A stretch of 64,000 bases of DNA from the human T2T-CHM13v2.0 reference genome, Homo sapiens. The position numbers and the translations under genes are program-made. Location of the stretch: the NCBI RefSeq assembly GCF_009914755.1, contig NC_060927.1; one strand, written 5' to 3'. This document shows positions 31,372 through 46,428 of the stretch, in pieces (within the stretch, counting starts at the first letter, position 1; every line of letters begins with the position of its first letter). The notes under the pieces are model-generated. The model saw only the letters and a program-made list of their open reading frames with translations, was not told the origin of the DNA and did no database searches.

Positions 31372-34300
31372 CGTGTCTTTGTGCCTCAGTTGTCTGCAGA
31401 GTGAGTTTATGGCTTAACAATATCAACAAAGTCTTAATTCTCATTCTGCTTTTGCTAGTATAGAACAAATTCAAATTTAGCTCAAAGGATATGTGTAGTA
31501 TAAATAGTGTAGCCATGCACTTTGTGCATTCTCATGGACGTAGTATCGAAGTAAAATAATCTCCTCTAATGTTGATATAAATACAGTAATCTACTGTTAA
31601 CTATGGAGTACAGTTAGTATAATCCCTAAAAGAAATAGCAACAATTGTATGAAATTTAGCTGAACTTTTCTCTCTGCATTCAGCATGTATACCCAGTCAG
31701 TTTTGAAAGACATGACTTATTATTTAGTGTGATTTCATTTAGGAGTTTCTCAACATGGGGTATAATGAATGTTAATTCAGGCTTACAATGGATGGCATCC
31801 TGTGCCCATTTATGAATATAAGAAGGAACATTTGAAAAAGAGTCATTATTTCCATCATTAATTTTCTAATTCAAACACATGGAAATGACTTATGAAGATT
31901 TTAGTTGCCTTTGTTTAAAAATTCATGGCTTTTTTTTTTTCAGTTTTCTTTTGCTTTAGTTAAGAGGAAAAGATTTGTCAGTTGAGTAAAGATATTTCAT
32001 CTCCTTCACTGATACCACCTGGAGTTGTTAATTAGGTTTCTGAGTTTGGCGCTGTTCTTTCCTGGTCACCATGATGTGTCATTGAAACAGGCTCACTATA
32101 ATGAGTGATGTGTGTTGTAATTTCATTAGTGTCATCAATAATATATTACACTTTCCTTTAGTAGTCTCTTTATGTTGTGTGTGGGTCAGGATAACTGTAT
32201 GAATTACATTTATAAGATCCAAATTGTTACAGATGAGGGAAGATAGGCATGAGGGTGGAATTAATGTTATTTTACACATGATAACTACTAAAGTGATTTC
32301 AATTAAATAATATTTTAATTAGGTCTGATGTCTCTACATGCCATTCTAAGATACATGTTCTGTGTATGCAAATAAGATAGTGATTTATTGAATTAGATCT
32401 ATGCTAACACAATCTATTCTTCCTGCAGGGAAACTTTTCTAAATTGGACTAAAGCAGGTGTATTGAAGAGCAGGAATGATTCACTAAGGAATATGAGTCC
32501 TTGTGGTTGTAAAGGACAGACTTTTAATATGGAAACTCTCAAAATATATTCTCACTTTCTTTCCACTGTATTTTTTCTGCCAGACATGTGCCTTTTGACT
32601 GGCTATTGGTCAGTTCCTAGTCTTTCCCAATCTGAAAAATGGGTCTATAATGGAGGAGGGACACACTTAGGCACTCTGATATAGTGTTTGTTGTTAATAT
32701 CTTTTAACTCTGTTTGACCAATTCAATTTTAGTGACATTACATGGGAATTCAAAGAGCTTTTGAATTAGAAGCTTCCATAAGAGTATTGATCTAATTGAA
32801 ATATCCACAAACAAGAAGCATTTGCATATTAAAATGGTATAATACTGGTTTTGCTGTCAAGAGATGATTCTGAGAGTACTTAGGATTAATGATTGAATAT
32901 GTAAAAGTTCTCAGAGCCAAGAAATACATGAGAACATATGTGATAACATGTAAAAACATGATTTTGTTTTAACCTTCCATTTAAGTATTAAAAGTAATAT
33001 AATGCTATATTTTCATAAATGATTCAAAATGCAGAAATTTATTTTATGTAAGCAGGAAGCTAAGTGGTTTTCAGCACACAAAAAAAACTGCAAAAGATGA
33101 GCTAATTCTGAAAATCAGTAGGAGAAATGATCTTTCTCATGCAAATTTAAAGAAGATATTTTTGCTAGCCCCGATTTGTTTTTAAGGTAATACAATTTAT
33201 CTGGGTGAAAAAACGTATTTCTACTATTATAATAAAGATCATCTAACTTAAGTAACATCAGAAGCTACCCAAAATGAAGGTTTTTTTAAATGATGATGAA
33301 AAAATCTCAGTCACTTATATTCTACTAGAATCTCAGTATCTTAGCTTTATGCTGATTTGTATCCAATTTGAGTAGAAATGGGTATGAGTGTTTATCTTCC
33401 ATAATAGCTTGCCACAAGCCTACTACTTGAATCATGTAGCATATGGAAAATGTGTTTAGCTACTTGCAGAATTTCACAAACTAAAAAAAGATCCATTTCT
33501 GCTCATAGGGCTTGTTTACAGTCATTATAAAAGCATGTTACTATGTTGCTTACTAGTTAGGAGAAGCAAGTGTTGGCATACTCCCCATTCCATTGCATTG
33601 GCCTTTAGGAAATGTATGTATTGATTTTCAGTTCTAAAACAGTAATCATTCTAATTTCTTGTGTTTTAGACCTGAACATTTTTTTAGGATGTATTTTTAT
33701 TCTTCTACATTATACCTCTTCCAGATATTTTATGGTAGTTATTGACACATTTTACAAAAATATATTAGATACTGTTCATGCTTATGTGAATTGCCATCAC
33801 AGGATTAATCTGTAACTTTTATGAGCATATTTTATTAATAACATCTTATCATTAAATTGAATATGGATATTTAACATTCAATAAGCACATAATGTATAGG
33901 TAGAAATGTACTTCATGCCATTGGGTTTTGCAGATGGGGAAAAGTCATTATAACAGTCTAAGAATCTTTAAACATGCCCCCCATAATATACTAGTTGCAA
34001 TGTTACAACTCATTTAAGGAATAGTTTTTGATAATAATGGATTATAATATTTTTGTTTGTCAGCATACTAAACAATTTGTCCTCAAGGTATGGAGATAAA
34101 ATGTTTGATACAATTTTAAAAATATCGATTGTACTCTCTCTTAAATTCTGGAAATATGTTTGCCATTTAATGATTCATAATTAAACATGAAACTCATAAA
34201 GTGAAGGAAGAGAATTCAAAACTGTAAATATTATGAAAAATGATTAATTTTTTAATTATAGTAGTTTATTCTTTTAGTAAAGCAGTATAGGTTGTCTACA

Positions 34301-37300
34301 AAGCAGTATTTTTTACATAGCTGAATAATTAAAATATTTTTAATCCATTTTTATCTTTAAAATATCTTGATTACTAAATGACTTTTTCATCATTTGTATA
34401 TGAATACATATATATATCCATTTATATTTATGTTTGTTTGAATAGTAGATTATGAATGTAAATATGTTTGATATGTATCCTGGCACCAGAAGCCAAGTCT
34501 TTTTCCTAAATGACAAGAAAGCTTATGTTAGCCTGAAAAAACTAACTTTTGTATAGGTTCTGTCACGTACAAAAATATTCCAGGCAGTTTCATCTCCATT
34601 TTGAACAATTCTACAGTTCAGTCAAAGTTTCTCTAAAATTATTTGGTTTCTCATTTTTATGAAATAAAACTAATATTTAGGGAAACTTTCAATAAGTATT
34701 TCACTAATTCTCACTATTTAAGTCATTTTGAGATATCATCAAAACATTTTCAAAAGTTCTCTGTATAAAAATACATGTATACATATGTATTTATGTACAT
34801 ACATAAATAATCTCTTACTTGATTACATTCGCATGGTTGATATGGCTTCTTCTGAAAATCGCTTTAATGTTAAGAATACTTGGAGAATAGCAAAGGGAAA
34901 ATGTCTGCTTTAAAGAATGTTCTGCGCCTGGAAGTAGAGACAAAATTTTCCGAGTATACAGGGGAATCTAACATTTCCTGGTACTGGATGATGAATCAAT
35001 TTTATATTTATTTATTGAATATATAGTTTATTCCCAGATTGCATATTTCTCATCTGTAACAGAGGCCTGGAGCAGTTGTGTGTATGGGCATAGATTGTGC
35101 ATTTCCCAGGCCAGGTGACCACAATGTGGATCAAGCCAGCAGTGTTGGTGATGAGGCAGGTGGAGTTGTTCCCAGTGCCAGAGGCAGTTCTATCCCTCTT
35201 TTACGTGCTCCTTGGGCTACAGAGCTTCTACACTCCACAAGACCTTATACCAGAGCATTGCTCACAACCCTCTTGCTACTCCACCTGGGAGGTAATTTTC
35301 TCCCTCCCATATTCAGGGAATATATTTTTCTTAATACAAACTATAAACCTGAATTCAAGAATATTCAGAATTTTGAGAGTATCTTTCTTGCACTGCTCTA
35401 TTTTCTTAATACAATGCTAAGTTTACTCATAAGCATGATGATAAAGGATATTGGACTATTAGAGATAGTTCCCATTTAAATTTTTCTGTCTTGAACAAAA
35501 TCATTGAAATAATCTCTCTATTCAAGAATCCTCTTTTCCCACCACCCCTCATCATGTACTCATTTTCAACAGAAATTTCTCTCCAAAGATACAAAATCGA
35601 CTGTTCTTCAATGAATTATGGCTTAAAATCCAAAATAAGCTGAATTGATATACCTTATACCAACATTATTGAGGGTCTACTGAGTTCCCAGCACTGAACT
35701 AAGCCAGATAAAAATTTAACTAAGTTAAATCACCATGACTAAAGACCTCCTAGCCTCACAGCACTGAATTAGACTTGATACAGAAGTAACATGTTCTTCA
35801 CTCTGAAGTGTAAAGCAATGAGATCATAACATATTCTTGAAAATAGGGATTAGGATATCACAACAGATAAGACAGAGATGGATAAATGAATATCAGAAGC
35901 CGATTGGACATGTAAGGAAAGCGAATGACTTACAGGGTTCTGGCTTGGGGCATTAGGTAGATTTCACTCCCCATTAATCCCTACAGAGTATGTGGTGAAA
36001 AGTGCTGGCAAGGCTGAGACAGTGAAGCATTGCTGAGAGGAAATGGTGATCAAGAACTCAATCAAGTTGATGCTGGTGCTAGAGAAAAGTATAAATTAAT
36101 AAATTTTGTGCTGTGGCCCTGATTCCATCTTTTCAAACTCAGTCATCACTGTGTAATTTAAGTCTTTGTCACCTTTCATCTGGACTAAGTGGTCTTCTGT
36201 TCTCCAGGCTCTACATTACAACCAACATAATTATTCCAAAATGAAATATAATCACCTTTCTTTCTTGCTTACATCCTTTCGCTGGTTTCCTATTGCTTAT
36301 AGGAACAAGTTTAATCTTTTTACCTTGGTTTACCAGGCCCTGTATGATATGACTATGGCTTGTTCTCCCATGTCTGCTCCTATCATTGCCCAGTCTGGCC
36401 CTATACTCTGATCTTACAAAAATGCTAACATGGATTTCACTAAGGATATCATGCTGTTCTATAATTTTGTGTCTTTGCTTATGCCATTCCTTCTGCATAG
36501 GATGCTGTCCTGTCTTCATCTCTTTTAGCTTTTTTACTTTCCTAAACTTTTGTAACTGGCAGCTCCCCTCATCTTTCAAGATGCAATTTAAATATTCTCC
36601 ATTTAGACCTTTTTTAGACCTTTCCCAGTAGCAATATATCATCTGTTATAACTAGACCTTACATCTCTACTATAACAATTAGAAAAATGTATTTAAGTTA
36701 TTTACCTGTTTGCCTCCCTTATTAGACCACGAGATTTCAGCTAGTTTGGGTTCGAAATAAGACAATGATGCAATAATTCATAGCTTTCTAACAAAATGCA
36801 TCTATTTGTATCTATGAATGTATAAAGGGGACTGTTTTAGACTTTCCCAAATCAAATTTCTCCTTCTCAGCAATTTGACTAAGTTACAGGGCACTATCTT
36901 ATTATGCATTCCACACTTGTGAGAAGATGGTATTCTAGATGTCAAACATATATAAAAGAAGAGAGAACAGTGTAATGAATTATATTACCCAGTTTCAACA
37001 ATTATTAACTAATGGTCAACTGTGTTGCCTCTATACTGTCTGTAGCTCCACTCTCTCATCTGCCCTCCAAATATCTGAAGCAAATTCCAGACATAATAAC
37101 ATTTCATTTGCAAATATTACAGTGTGTATTAATATTTCTAAAGTGATAAGAGCACTTTTAGAAAACATTGATGATACCATTATCACATCTAAAATATTTG
37201 CAATTACCTAATATCACCCAATAGTCAGTGTTCAGTTTTGCACTACTTCTCATATTTTAAACTGTTTAAATACAAGTCTAGTAAGGTCTATGCTTTGTGA

Positions 37301-37312
37301 TTGATTTTTTTT

Positions 37313-37517
37313 GGGGGGGGGGACAATTTTGCTCTGTTATGGATATTTTGTCAATATTTAGAAACATTTTTGGTTTTTACACTAAAGGAGGAGTGCTACT
37401 GATATCTAGTGTGTGGAGGCCAGGGATACAGAAAAACATCCTACAATACACAAGGCAGCCACCACAATAGAGAATTATCTAGCCAGAATAGTGAGAGGGC
37501 AACATTGAGAAACCCTG
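37313..37517 (+). mobile_element. MER20 (hAT-Charlie) inside an old L1M fragment (~36930-37920)
   Basis: tgctactgatatctagtgtgtggaggccagggata...catcctacaatacacaagg...ttgagaaaccctg. Confidence 0.75.
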
Positions 37518-37995
37518 GTCTATAGGTTCCCCCTGCATTATATATTGTATTGCAATTGATTTGTTGAATAAACTGGGTCATTTGTCTTATAAAGTTTTCC
37601 ACATCTATATTTTGCTAATGACACATTGTGGTATAATTTAAGATATTTTTTTCTGTTTCTTGTATTTATAAGCAATTAAATCTAGAAACATCAGATTCAG
37701 ATACAATTTTCTTTTTCTATCAAAACTGCTTTTTTTTGTTTCGTAGTGTTGTGTACTTCCATCAGGAGGCATATAATTTCTGATCATTTCTCTCTTTCTC
37801 ATCAATATGGGAAACTATTGGTGATCAATGTCTAAATTTGTTAATTCATTAGGAGTTGAAAAATCGTGATATTATATTTTTATAATTTATTCATTTATTG
37901 AAAACATCACTGACTCTTAGAAATATTCATTCCAACGTTTGATAGAAAAATAGCATTGTGCATGAAACATTTATACATTTTGTATTTCTTTTCAG

Positions 37996-38194
37996 AAACA
38001 TCCTCTACCACCTTGATGAAAAGACAAGCCGGTTTTCAATACTTATAGAGGCTTGGGAACACTGCAAACCCCTTGCATCAAATGAGACCCTTCAAGAAGC
38101 CCTGTCAGAGGTGTTGAACAGCATTAATTCAGCTCAGGTTTACTTCAAAGCAGGACTTGATGTGTTCAAGAGTGTCTTGGATGGGAAGAATTGA
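37996..38194 (+). CDS. NAALADL2: Terminal coding exon of N-acetylated alpha-linked acidic dipeptidase-like 2 (C-terminal transferrin-receptor-like dimerisation region)
   Basis: Acceptor ttcttttcag|A AAC ATC CTC (phase 2); translation (R)NILYHLDEKTSRFSILIEAWEHCKPLASNETLQEALSEVLNSINSAQVYFKAGLDVFKSVLDGKN* matches the human NAALADL2 C-terminus as I recall it; TGA at 38192-38194. The ORF-track start at 37958 is intronic. Confidence 0.93.
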
Positions 38195-40605
38195 GAAAAC
38201 TCTGAGCATTTTTAAAAGTTTGTTTACAATTCCACAAGCAAAAGCTCTAATTTAACCAGATTTTCTGACATTGAAGGCTTATTTTCCCCAATGGCTTTTT
38301 GACAAGTATAAAGCTATTATTACATTGTATTTTTTAAATGTAAATATAGAAAGAACATTTTGCACATTTAATATTTTTCTTATATCTACATTTCTGAATA
38401 TGTAAAGCAAGTTATTGAAATAGGACTTAAGAATTACCTATTAAAAAGAAATCTGATATATAAAAATATGTACTATTTTAAGGAAAAATTTCCAAGAAGT
38501 TCTGGACTATCTTTGTTCCTATGGGGAGGGCATATAGGAACACAGTTTATTCTCTCTGATAGAGCTATTAATGACTTAGTTTCTGTAAAAGAAATGGAGA
38601 GTTGATATGGTTCAGATTAACTTCACTATTAAGTGTTCAATATGAAGAATTCAAGTATTCTGACTGAGTGATTGGTTGACCTAAACCACTTTGAATGTTT
38701 CTATTTTATGAGATGAAGTTTCTCTTCTTAACACAACTAGATGTAGTAATACACTGGTTATGAAATTGTATTTTTTTAAGTATTAATGAAAAAAGAGCCA
38801 TAAGCATTCCAGGGGAAAATCTCAAGGGAGCTACATAGAGCAATTTAAATGCAAATTTTTTTCCTAACAACTTACAAGGTGACTAGCTTTGAAACCCCTA
38901 ATTTGCCTCAGTTGATTTTCTAAGAATTTCAGGAGTGATGTATGTCTTAAGAGGGAGAAAAAAATATTTCTTATTACTTTTTCTCTTGTTTCTGTTGGAA
39001 ACACTGAAGCAGGGACTCTAAAATGAAAGCATCTCACATTGGTTTTCTTTCTTGTATCTTTTCTGAAACTCCTTGCTGTAAGGCAGCTTTCTCAGAGTAC
39101 TATATATTTTCAACAGTAAAGTAGCAGAGTTTCTCTTTGAAACCCAAAATGTCTTCTAAAGAATCAAATTTCTATTTCTGCCTCTGACAAAAAGAACTTA
39201 CTATGAAAGAAATAGTTGTTTTATCAATAAAAGCCCCTTAATATTATGAAGAAACTTTTCATATTTTTTCTTCTTTATCCTTAATTGTGACTAAGATGGA
39301 AATCTAGAAAATATTCATGCTTCTAAGTTTCTGCAGTGTTACTGTAAGAGAGTGTCTCGTCTACACTTCAGTTCTTCTCTCATGTGGAAAACTAAGCTTT
39401 TTATATTGACATTGCCATTGAATAGCTCTAGCAACTATTATTATTCCCCCAAACCCTAAAATTCTACCTATTAGGTGTCAGGTTAAAGTTCTAATTTATC
39501 TTTAGAAATTTATGTGAAAAATGGTTTTCCTATACTGGATAAAGCAATTCCCCTTAGGAAACATAGCCTCAGAGTATTTCATATAAATTTTCTCTATCTA
39601 ATTCAAACATATCTCCCCATGATACACCGCCAGAGTGACATTGCAGACAGTCTGTGTATGTTTAAATTTTCACTTTTTATGGATGAGCATAAACCTAGTC
39701 TTAGTTTAAAGGCAAACTAAAGTTGAGGGGAAATAATTAATCAATACTGATTAATTGATTTATAAGGTTCAACACTGTCTACCCTAAATAATTTTTATAT
39801 GCTCAAGGCAAAGCAGGGAATAGAGGCAATTAGCTAGATAATTCAAGCAGAAATCCATTTTCATCGAAATTGTCTGTGTGCACATATTTTTAGATGAAAA
39901 ATGAAACTACCTTACAATATTATTTTTTTAACCAATGTATTTGTTTGCAAACATTTGCCATGTTGAAGAGTGTGTATAGGAAAGGTCTAGAAATAAATAG
40001 GCTTGTGCATACCTAGGCATTCATGCTCTTTCTTCCTCTTCAGAGATCATCAGAAAAGAGGTGGGAATACACAAGCAGGTGCATGTAAGCCCAAAAGCTA
40101 GAAAGCCTTATATTTAACCAAAGGTTGATGTGTTCATTCCAGTTATTCACTTACAGATGAAACTAAAACAAATAAAGGCAAGCTATTATCAGTTTGGTAG
40201 TTCATTATTTTAGAACAAATTTCTAAATTAATTTATTCCCATAACCTACAATAGCACTGAGAACAGAAAACATGTTTCTTCTTCATTTTGTTTAAAGATT
40301 GCGTACCTAGGTAAGTCACACTGTATAGATAAAAACCTTCTTCTGTATTCCTCACCTCTAAATTATATGTTATTTGCTATTTGAAAACTGTAGTTAACTA
40401 TGGTTTTTTATTAGTCTATTAAAAGATACGTGGAGATATTAAATTATACCTAAAGCAGACGTCCAACAAATTCTGTACATGCTGCTTTACATCTTTGCAA
40501 CAAACCTCTTAACTAGCAGCATTATTTCTATAGTGTGATTACCTGAGGGTGCCTCCAAATGTATATCATTTCACTCCCCTCCCCTCCCCACCCCCAATAG
40601 ATTCA

Positions 40606-40615
40606 AATAAATAAA
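40606..40615 (+). terminator. Candidate proximal polyadenylation signal (two overlapping AATAAA)
   Basis: aataaataaa followed ~20 nt later by GU-rich gtgttaatgtgaattggtagtaggttt. Confidence 0.6.
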
Positions 40616-43600
40616 ATCCTGAGCAAATTAATAGCAAGTGTTAATGTGAATTGGTAGTAGGTTTAAGCTGTTGCTGAGTCGTCTATATGCCTGGTACTTC
40701 TCACAATCTTTCATACATAGAATTGTGCCTAGGAAATAATGAATCATAAATATTCTCTGAAGAAAATGTGGTAAAGGTGTAACGGTGAAATTTATGTTCA
40801 GGCAGGGTACACATGAGATACTGCCCTTTATGGAAAAGCATAAGTCTCAGAATCAAAAGAAAGCCTAATAAAGATTCTGGTCTAAGCCCTGAGATCTTGC
40901 CTTCAGCCAGAGAAGGCATTATCAATTACCCCCACCAGATATAGTAACTAAACCCAAAGTGAGTAAGAAACTTGGACATAGTCATGTATTTAGTTAGTAA
41001 CAAAAGCACCACTGGAATTTAAGCTTCTCTGCTTTCTCATGCAGTATATCTTGCTTCTCCCTGAGGAGACAGGGTTATAAATGATCTTTTCCAGTGCATT
41101 CGATGTAACCAGCCATTCTGTCAGATGTTGCATGGGCTGGAAACACTGCTTTTAATTCAAGGCTAGTTCATTCTCTGACTGTACCTGACAAACAAAACTC
41201 TCCCCGAGAATTCAGGCAAAGGACACAAAGACTGGGTACTTGAGAGAAAGTGGGGAGAATCCTTACAGAACACCAGAAGTCAGGAAGAAGGACATTGAGC
41301 AAAATATATCTGTAAGAGGGCAAGTCAGGCCAGTGTTAAGTCAACAATCTAAATCACCGTTTCTCAAAATGTGAAATTTAGAAAGACAGGGCTAGGAATC
41401 TACATCTTCAGCAAGATTTCTGGATGTCTGTTACACACACTGAAGTTTAAGAATTTCCAATCTACGTTAATCGTAGTTTCCAAGAAAACACTAATTGACA
41501 TTTCTAAATAAATTGAAGAGTCATAATAACAAGAAAGACGTAAAGATTTGTTATTAATGGAATCATTATGAGAAAAGAAAAGTGGACCCATTTTATCTCT
41601 AAGAAAACAATTCAGTTGCAGCTTATATTTGTGCCTGCTACATCCCAGGCACTGGTGTTTTAGAATTTTTCCCATGTATCCTTTTTTTTTTTTTTAATTC
41701 CCACAACAACCCATTTCAAAATGAGAAAACTAGGTTGAGTGACTTGTCCACAGTTCCAAAGCTAATAAAAATGATGAGGCATATTTCTCTTCTGGGCCCA
41801 CTGTATTCAGTTCTTTGTTCTTTACACTGAGTGCCGAAAAAAAAAATCAGACTATTTTGATTCTAGAAAGTGAGATAATTGAAAATGTTAACATATTTCT
41901 CCAAAACTGATCAGACTGTGGAGTCTGTCACTTTTTTGGTATAATAAAGGAGTTTGAAGAAACAAATGACATCATTCCTGATGATGGTAGCCCACTCCAA
42001 CAAAGGCGTATATATGTAGGCAAGTTTGAAGATATCTATAAGAGCATTAAAAGGCAAGTGCACCATTGTGGAATATCATGACGAGTAGGCTTACAAACAG
42101 TAAAAAGAGACCAGAAACCACAAGTCTTACACTTTCATTCTCTAAATGTTTATATAATTTCACTAAAAAAAGAAAAGCAGGTGCTGTGATTTAGAACAAC
42201 AGTTTTATGTTATTTTTAAAAATTCAGAATAACCAATTGACTTTTTAAATTAAATAAACGTAGAGCATATAGTAAGTTTCCCCACAGGAAAGACAGATGT
42301 TAACAAAAATAAAATAAATGATTATTTGTGACCATGTTACTAATGATGAATCAGCATCTTTGCCTCAAATGAAAATCTATAATTATTTGTATGATAAATT
42401 GGTAGACCTAGCCAAAAATGTTCTCATGAGACATTCTGTGATATGTGTAATTGATTACTCCAAAAATTAAGCTTTCTCTGAGGGTAACACATTGTCATCT
42501 CATTGGTTTAATGGGCTATTTAAATGTGCCTTAGCCACACATTTGCTTAATAGAAAGGAATTATTTTAAACTACCAATCCATATGTTGAGTGGAAAGGAA
42601 GTTGGCCCACATATTCCAATAATTATATCAGCAATATAACAGTTTCATCATGGGACCATGGATACAGTGCAGGGAAAAAACAAACAAACAATATTTGAGA
42701 AAATATATATATTCTGCCCAGCCACACTGGTGAGTTTTTATTTCTTGTATGAGTTTAAATTGCCAACTTAAAAAAGCCTCATTAGAATTTGCTATTCGAA
42801 AAGACCTTAAAAACCCTCACAGAGTTCTAAACATCCCATTCATTGAAAATACTTTTCAGTTAAGTAGATTTGTTTTGTGCACTTCACAACTTTTAGGTGA
42901 CATGAATTTGAAGCGTAGCAAAAGAAATGTATAAAGATAGCCTTTTCTGGTCATTACCATGTCTACTCAAGTTTCTGTTTTCTAGGTACACTCTAGCATT
43001 GTAACTTTTTCCCCCTGAGAAGTAATTTTAAGATCTATCAGTCTCAATTTAAATGATCTGTTAATCAGCCAGAGTTTTAGTTTCATAATATCGTTCCATT
43101 GCCTGACAAAGATATACACACTGAAGTGCCTTTAGCAGACCTGGGACCGTCAAGAATCTTGTTACCCTGATTATTGCAAGATGACATATTTCTTAAGCCA
43201 TTTATAATCTCATATTCGGGTTGAATCTGAATTTACAAATAAAAGGGTTAAATTGAGGCAGTTTCAAGCAGCATTTAGGAAAATGAAGTGGCTTCAAATT
43301 TTAGTGTTTCTGGTTACATTATTTTGTTTGAATTATACAATTACATAATTTTCTGTAACCAAAATGGTAATTTTGATGGATTTTTTAAATGCCAAAATCC
43401 AATCATCAAGGCCAAAGAAATGCATGATTACTCTGATTTCTTATGCACCATTCAGTCAAGACTTAACTCAGAGGCAGTTGATTCAGTGCTTACATCTAGA
43501 CAAAGCTTTAATGAGTGCAGACCCAGCCTAACAGTATTTCATCTAATTTCTTTGATGGCTTAAGCCAATAAGCACTGAGGTAGCTTTTCTCAGAAGGAAA

Positions 43601-44458
43601 CAGATTTTATTTTCCAGGGGCTAATTAATATGCACCACCTAAGTCCCCAAAGGATCACACAGGTGCCTGTATCATGCCATATGTCATGTGCTATATTCCT
43701 GCAAGCTCAAGAGATTAATATACAATCATTATTATGAATTATTATGTTGCATTGAAGTTAATGTCGGTCTTTTGTTCTAATTAAAGTACAAACGTGGCAT
43801 CTGAATAGAAGCTTAGCTAGAGAAGTGGAGTTAGAGTCCCTATTTTAATGAACTACATATATTTTTCAATCAAAATGTGTAATTATTTAATTATCTAGCC
43901 TGCTCAGTAATCATAACTCTCCAACTTCTTCAAAGGGCCTTTATTCAATATGTTACCACTCATATGGTCATTACTTGGTAAGTGTTTTATATTTTGAATT
44001 TCTTAGATGCTTTCAGTGTATGTGCTAGTGTTTTATTAATATTAAAAATTTTTGTTTACTTATATATCAAGCTGCTGCAAATGGACTACCTTATTTTAAA
44101 AGTTAGAATAAAATGCTATTACTCTCTAAACAGAACTTTAGCATATCTGTTTGATAAGAAATACACAAACAAAATATTTTTCTATGCTATTGCAAATTGT
44201 CCGCAGGAAGCAAAATGCCAGATGGTTAAGTGTAGCTCACATAATTATATTCCAAAGGTGTTATAAATAATTCTATTTAGCATCTGAGATAGGTCTATAT
44301 TAGGCAATTTCATGTTTACATTTCTAACAGAAAGGTTTAATGGCAAATATTCCTTATATTCTAACTTGCTACTTGGAGAATATGGATATTCTGAAAAGAA
44401 AAACCCTTTCTAGAACACTGTGCAGGACTAATTTTTTTTTTAATAGACATCCAGAAAA

Positions 44459-44675
44459 TAGCCTGGGCAACAAAGTGAGACCCTGTCTCTCAAAAAAAAA
44501 AAAAAAAAAAAAAGAAAAGAAAAAGTAGCTAGGCATGTTGGTGTGCACCTTTGTAGTCCAGCTACTAGGGAGGCTGAGGCGGAAGAATCATTTGGGCCCA
44601 AAAGTTTGAAGCTGCAGTGAGCTAAAATCATGCCACTGTAGTCCAGCCTGTGTAACAGAACCTATCTCAAAAAAA
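44459..44675 (+). mobile_element. 5'-truncated AluJ in the 3' UTR
   Basis: gcctgggcaacaaagtgagaccctgtctc + A-tract + right monomer with gaagctgcagtgagct. Confidence 0.85.
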
Positions 44676-45502
44676 GGAAAAGAAAGTCACATGCTGTTGA
44701 TAGTAGTTTTATATGTATTTGGAATGTTAATATGGGACACATGCATTTAATACTTTAATCATGTATTCAATGTAGCAGCATTTAGATATGTAAGATTTTA
44801 GAAGTAAAATCTCAGTGGTATAACATTTAAAACACAGCCTTAAAATGAAGAATAGGGATGAGCAGGAGAAAATTTATAAATTAACCCAGGGTAAAATTTG
44901 GAGGAAAATTTTTCCAAATAAATTTGCTTTGATTAAAAACACATATCTCTCAAGAGGTGTCCCAATTACTAAATTATGTTGAACTGTTGTGGTGTTTAGC
45001 CTTGTTCAAAATGATTTGATTATCATCTGGATTCAGAAATCTTTTCATTGTACAGAGATTTCATTGTCATTGTCGTTGTTGTTAACTGATTTTTAATGAT
45101 ATTGATTTAGAGGCATTTGTCGGTAGTTTTTAAATTACTATATAGGGTTGAATGTCTAATTTCTATAATGTGTGGATGCCCATCAGATATTTAGTGCATT
45201 CTATATTTAGCCCAAGTGTGATCACAATTTATTTTATAACTTTTTATGTGTTACTTACATGACTCAATATGCATCTTACTTAAGAAATTATGTTGTGATC
45301 TGGAGTGACACAAATGGATTGAGATACCACATCCATTAAAAATATAAGTGAATATTTTATATTTAAGTTGTTTAAATATTTGCACATTATTGAAAACATA
45401 GTACTAGGAAATGAAGGCACCATTTAACAAACGTGTTCTGAATCATAATTTTCATGAGTTTGTACGTGAAATGTTAATGTTTAAAACACCCATTTTGAAA
45501 TT

Positions 45503-45508
45503 ATTAAA
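45503..45508 (+). terminator. Candidate distal polyadenylation signal (ATTAAA)
   Basis: attaaa followed by ctgtgtttttat ~22 nt downstream, at the end of the repeat-poor block. Confidence 0.5.
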
Positions 45509-46426
45509 TACAGGTAAAAACATTGCTATACTGTGTTTTTATGACAAAATATACAGTATTTTATGTGTGCACATGAATTAGTTATTACTCTATTTTATTA
45601 ATGAATTATTTTTACATAATATATATGACAGCCAAACAGGTGTTCACTTGTTTAGGGAAAATTCTATAATATTTTATCATCTTTTTTTGTCCTTGCCTTC
45701 CATTCTTTTCTTGAACATTTAGTTAGATTTGCAGTTTGTGACAAGTTCCATCAAGTAACAGTACCTGTATCAACTGCAATGTTAAACAGTTTTGTTTTCT
45801 CAAATTTGCTCTAAAAAATGCTCTCAGTTATTTTTCACATAGAAAAGAATTTTCTGTTTGCATGGTGAGTGTAATAGATTTCATTCATTTATTCATTCAG
45901 GAAATATTTGCTAAAAGACTCTTCTAGTCCAGGCACTGTATTAGGCACTAGTGATACAAAGATGATTAGCACAGATTAGCACAATTTTACTTTTGGAGCT
46001 TTACAGTCAAATAGGATACAACACTTCAGTTTAACTAGTAGCAATATCCATAGATAGTACAGTTTATTGCAAACATATTGGCAGAGCAGAGACGGTTTAA
46101 AGGTGCCATATGTTCAGGCCACATGCCAGTCCCACTGGACCTTCCTTAAGACTCTCTAAAGAACAGTGCTCTTTCTCTAACATCTCTGCTATACAATAGC
46201 CTGCATTTGGTACGGGCATAGCACTGTGTCAGACTCTGGTTGCCAAGCATCACTTGGATGAAATCTTTTAATCTTTAAAAAAGCCTATGAGATAGGTGTT
46301 ATATCATTTTGTCCCATTTGATTGATGATAAAACTAATGGTTAGGGCAATTAACAACTTGTGACAGTTATTATACTACTATATACACACAACTACATAGC
46401 TATAAAAAACTTTTAAAAATCTGCAG

Positions 46427-46428
<2 letters not shown>

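Larger units (their letters stand above)
38195..45530 (+). other. NAALADL2: Long 3' UTR of NAALADL2 (end approximate)
   Basis: AU-rich, markedly repeat-poor sequence after the stop; repeat density rises again after ~45.9 kb; ATTAAA at 45503 followed by GU/U-rich sequence. Confidence 0.65.

Noticed and set aside
35078-35479. 133-aa and 107-aa overlapping ORFs, and the other 60-140 aa ORFs in the track
   Set aside because: No recognisable homology or exon structure; sizes are compatible with chance in AT-rich or repeat DNA.
37958-37995. ORF-track N-terminus MHETFIHFVFLF as part of the protein
   Set aside because: It is the translated polypyrimidine tract; the exon starts at 37996.
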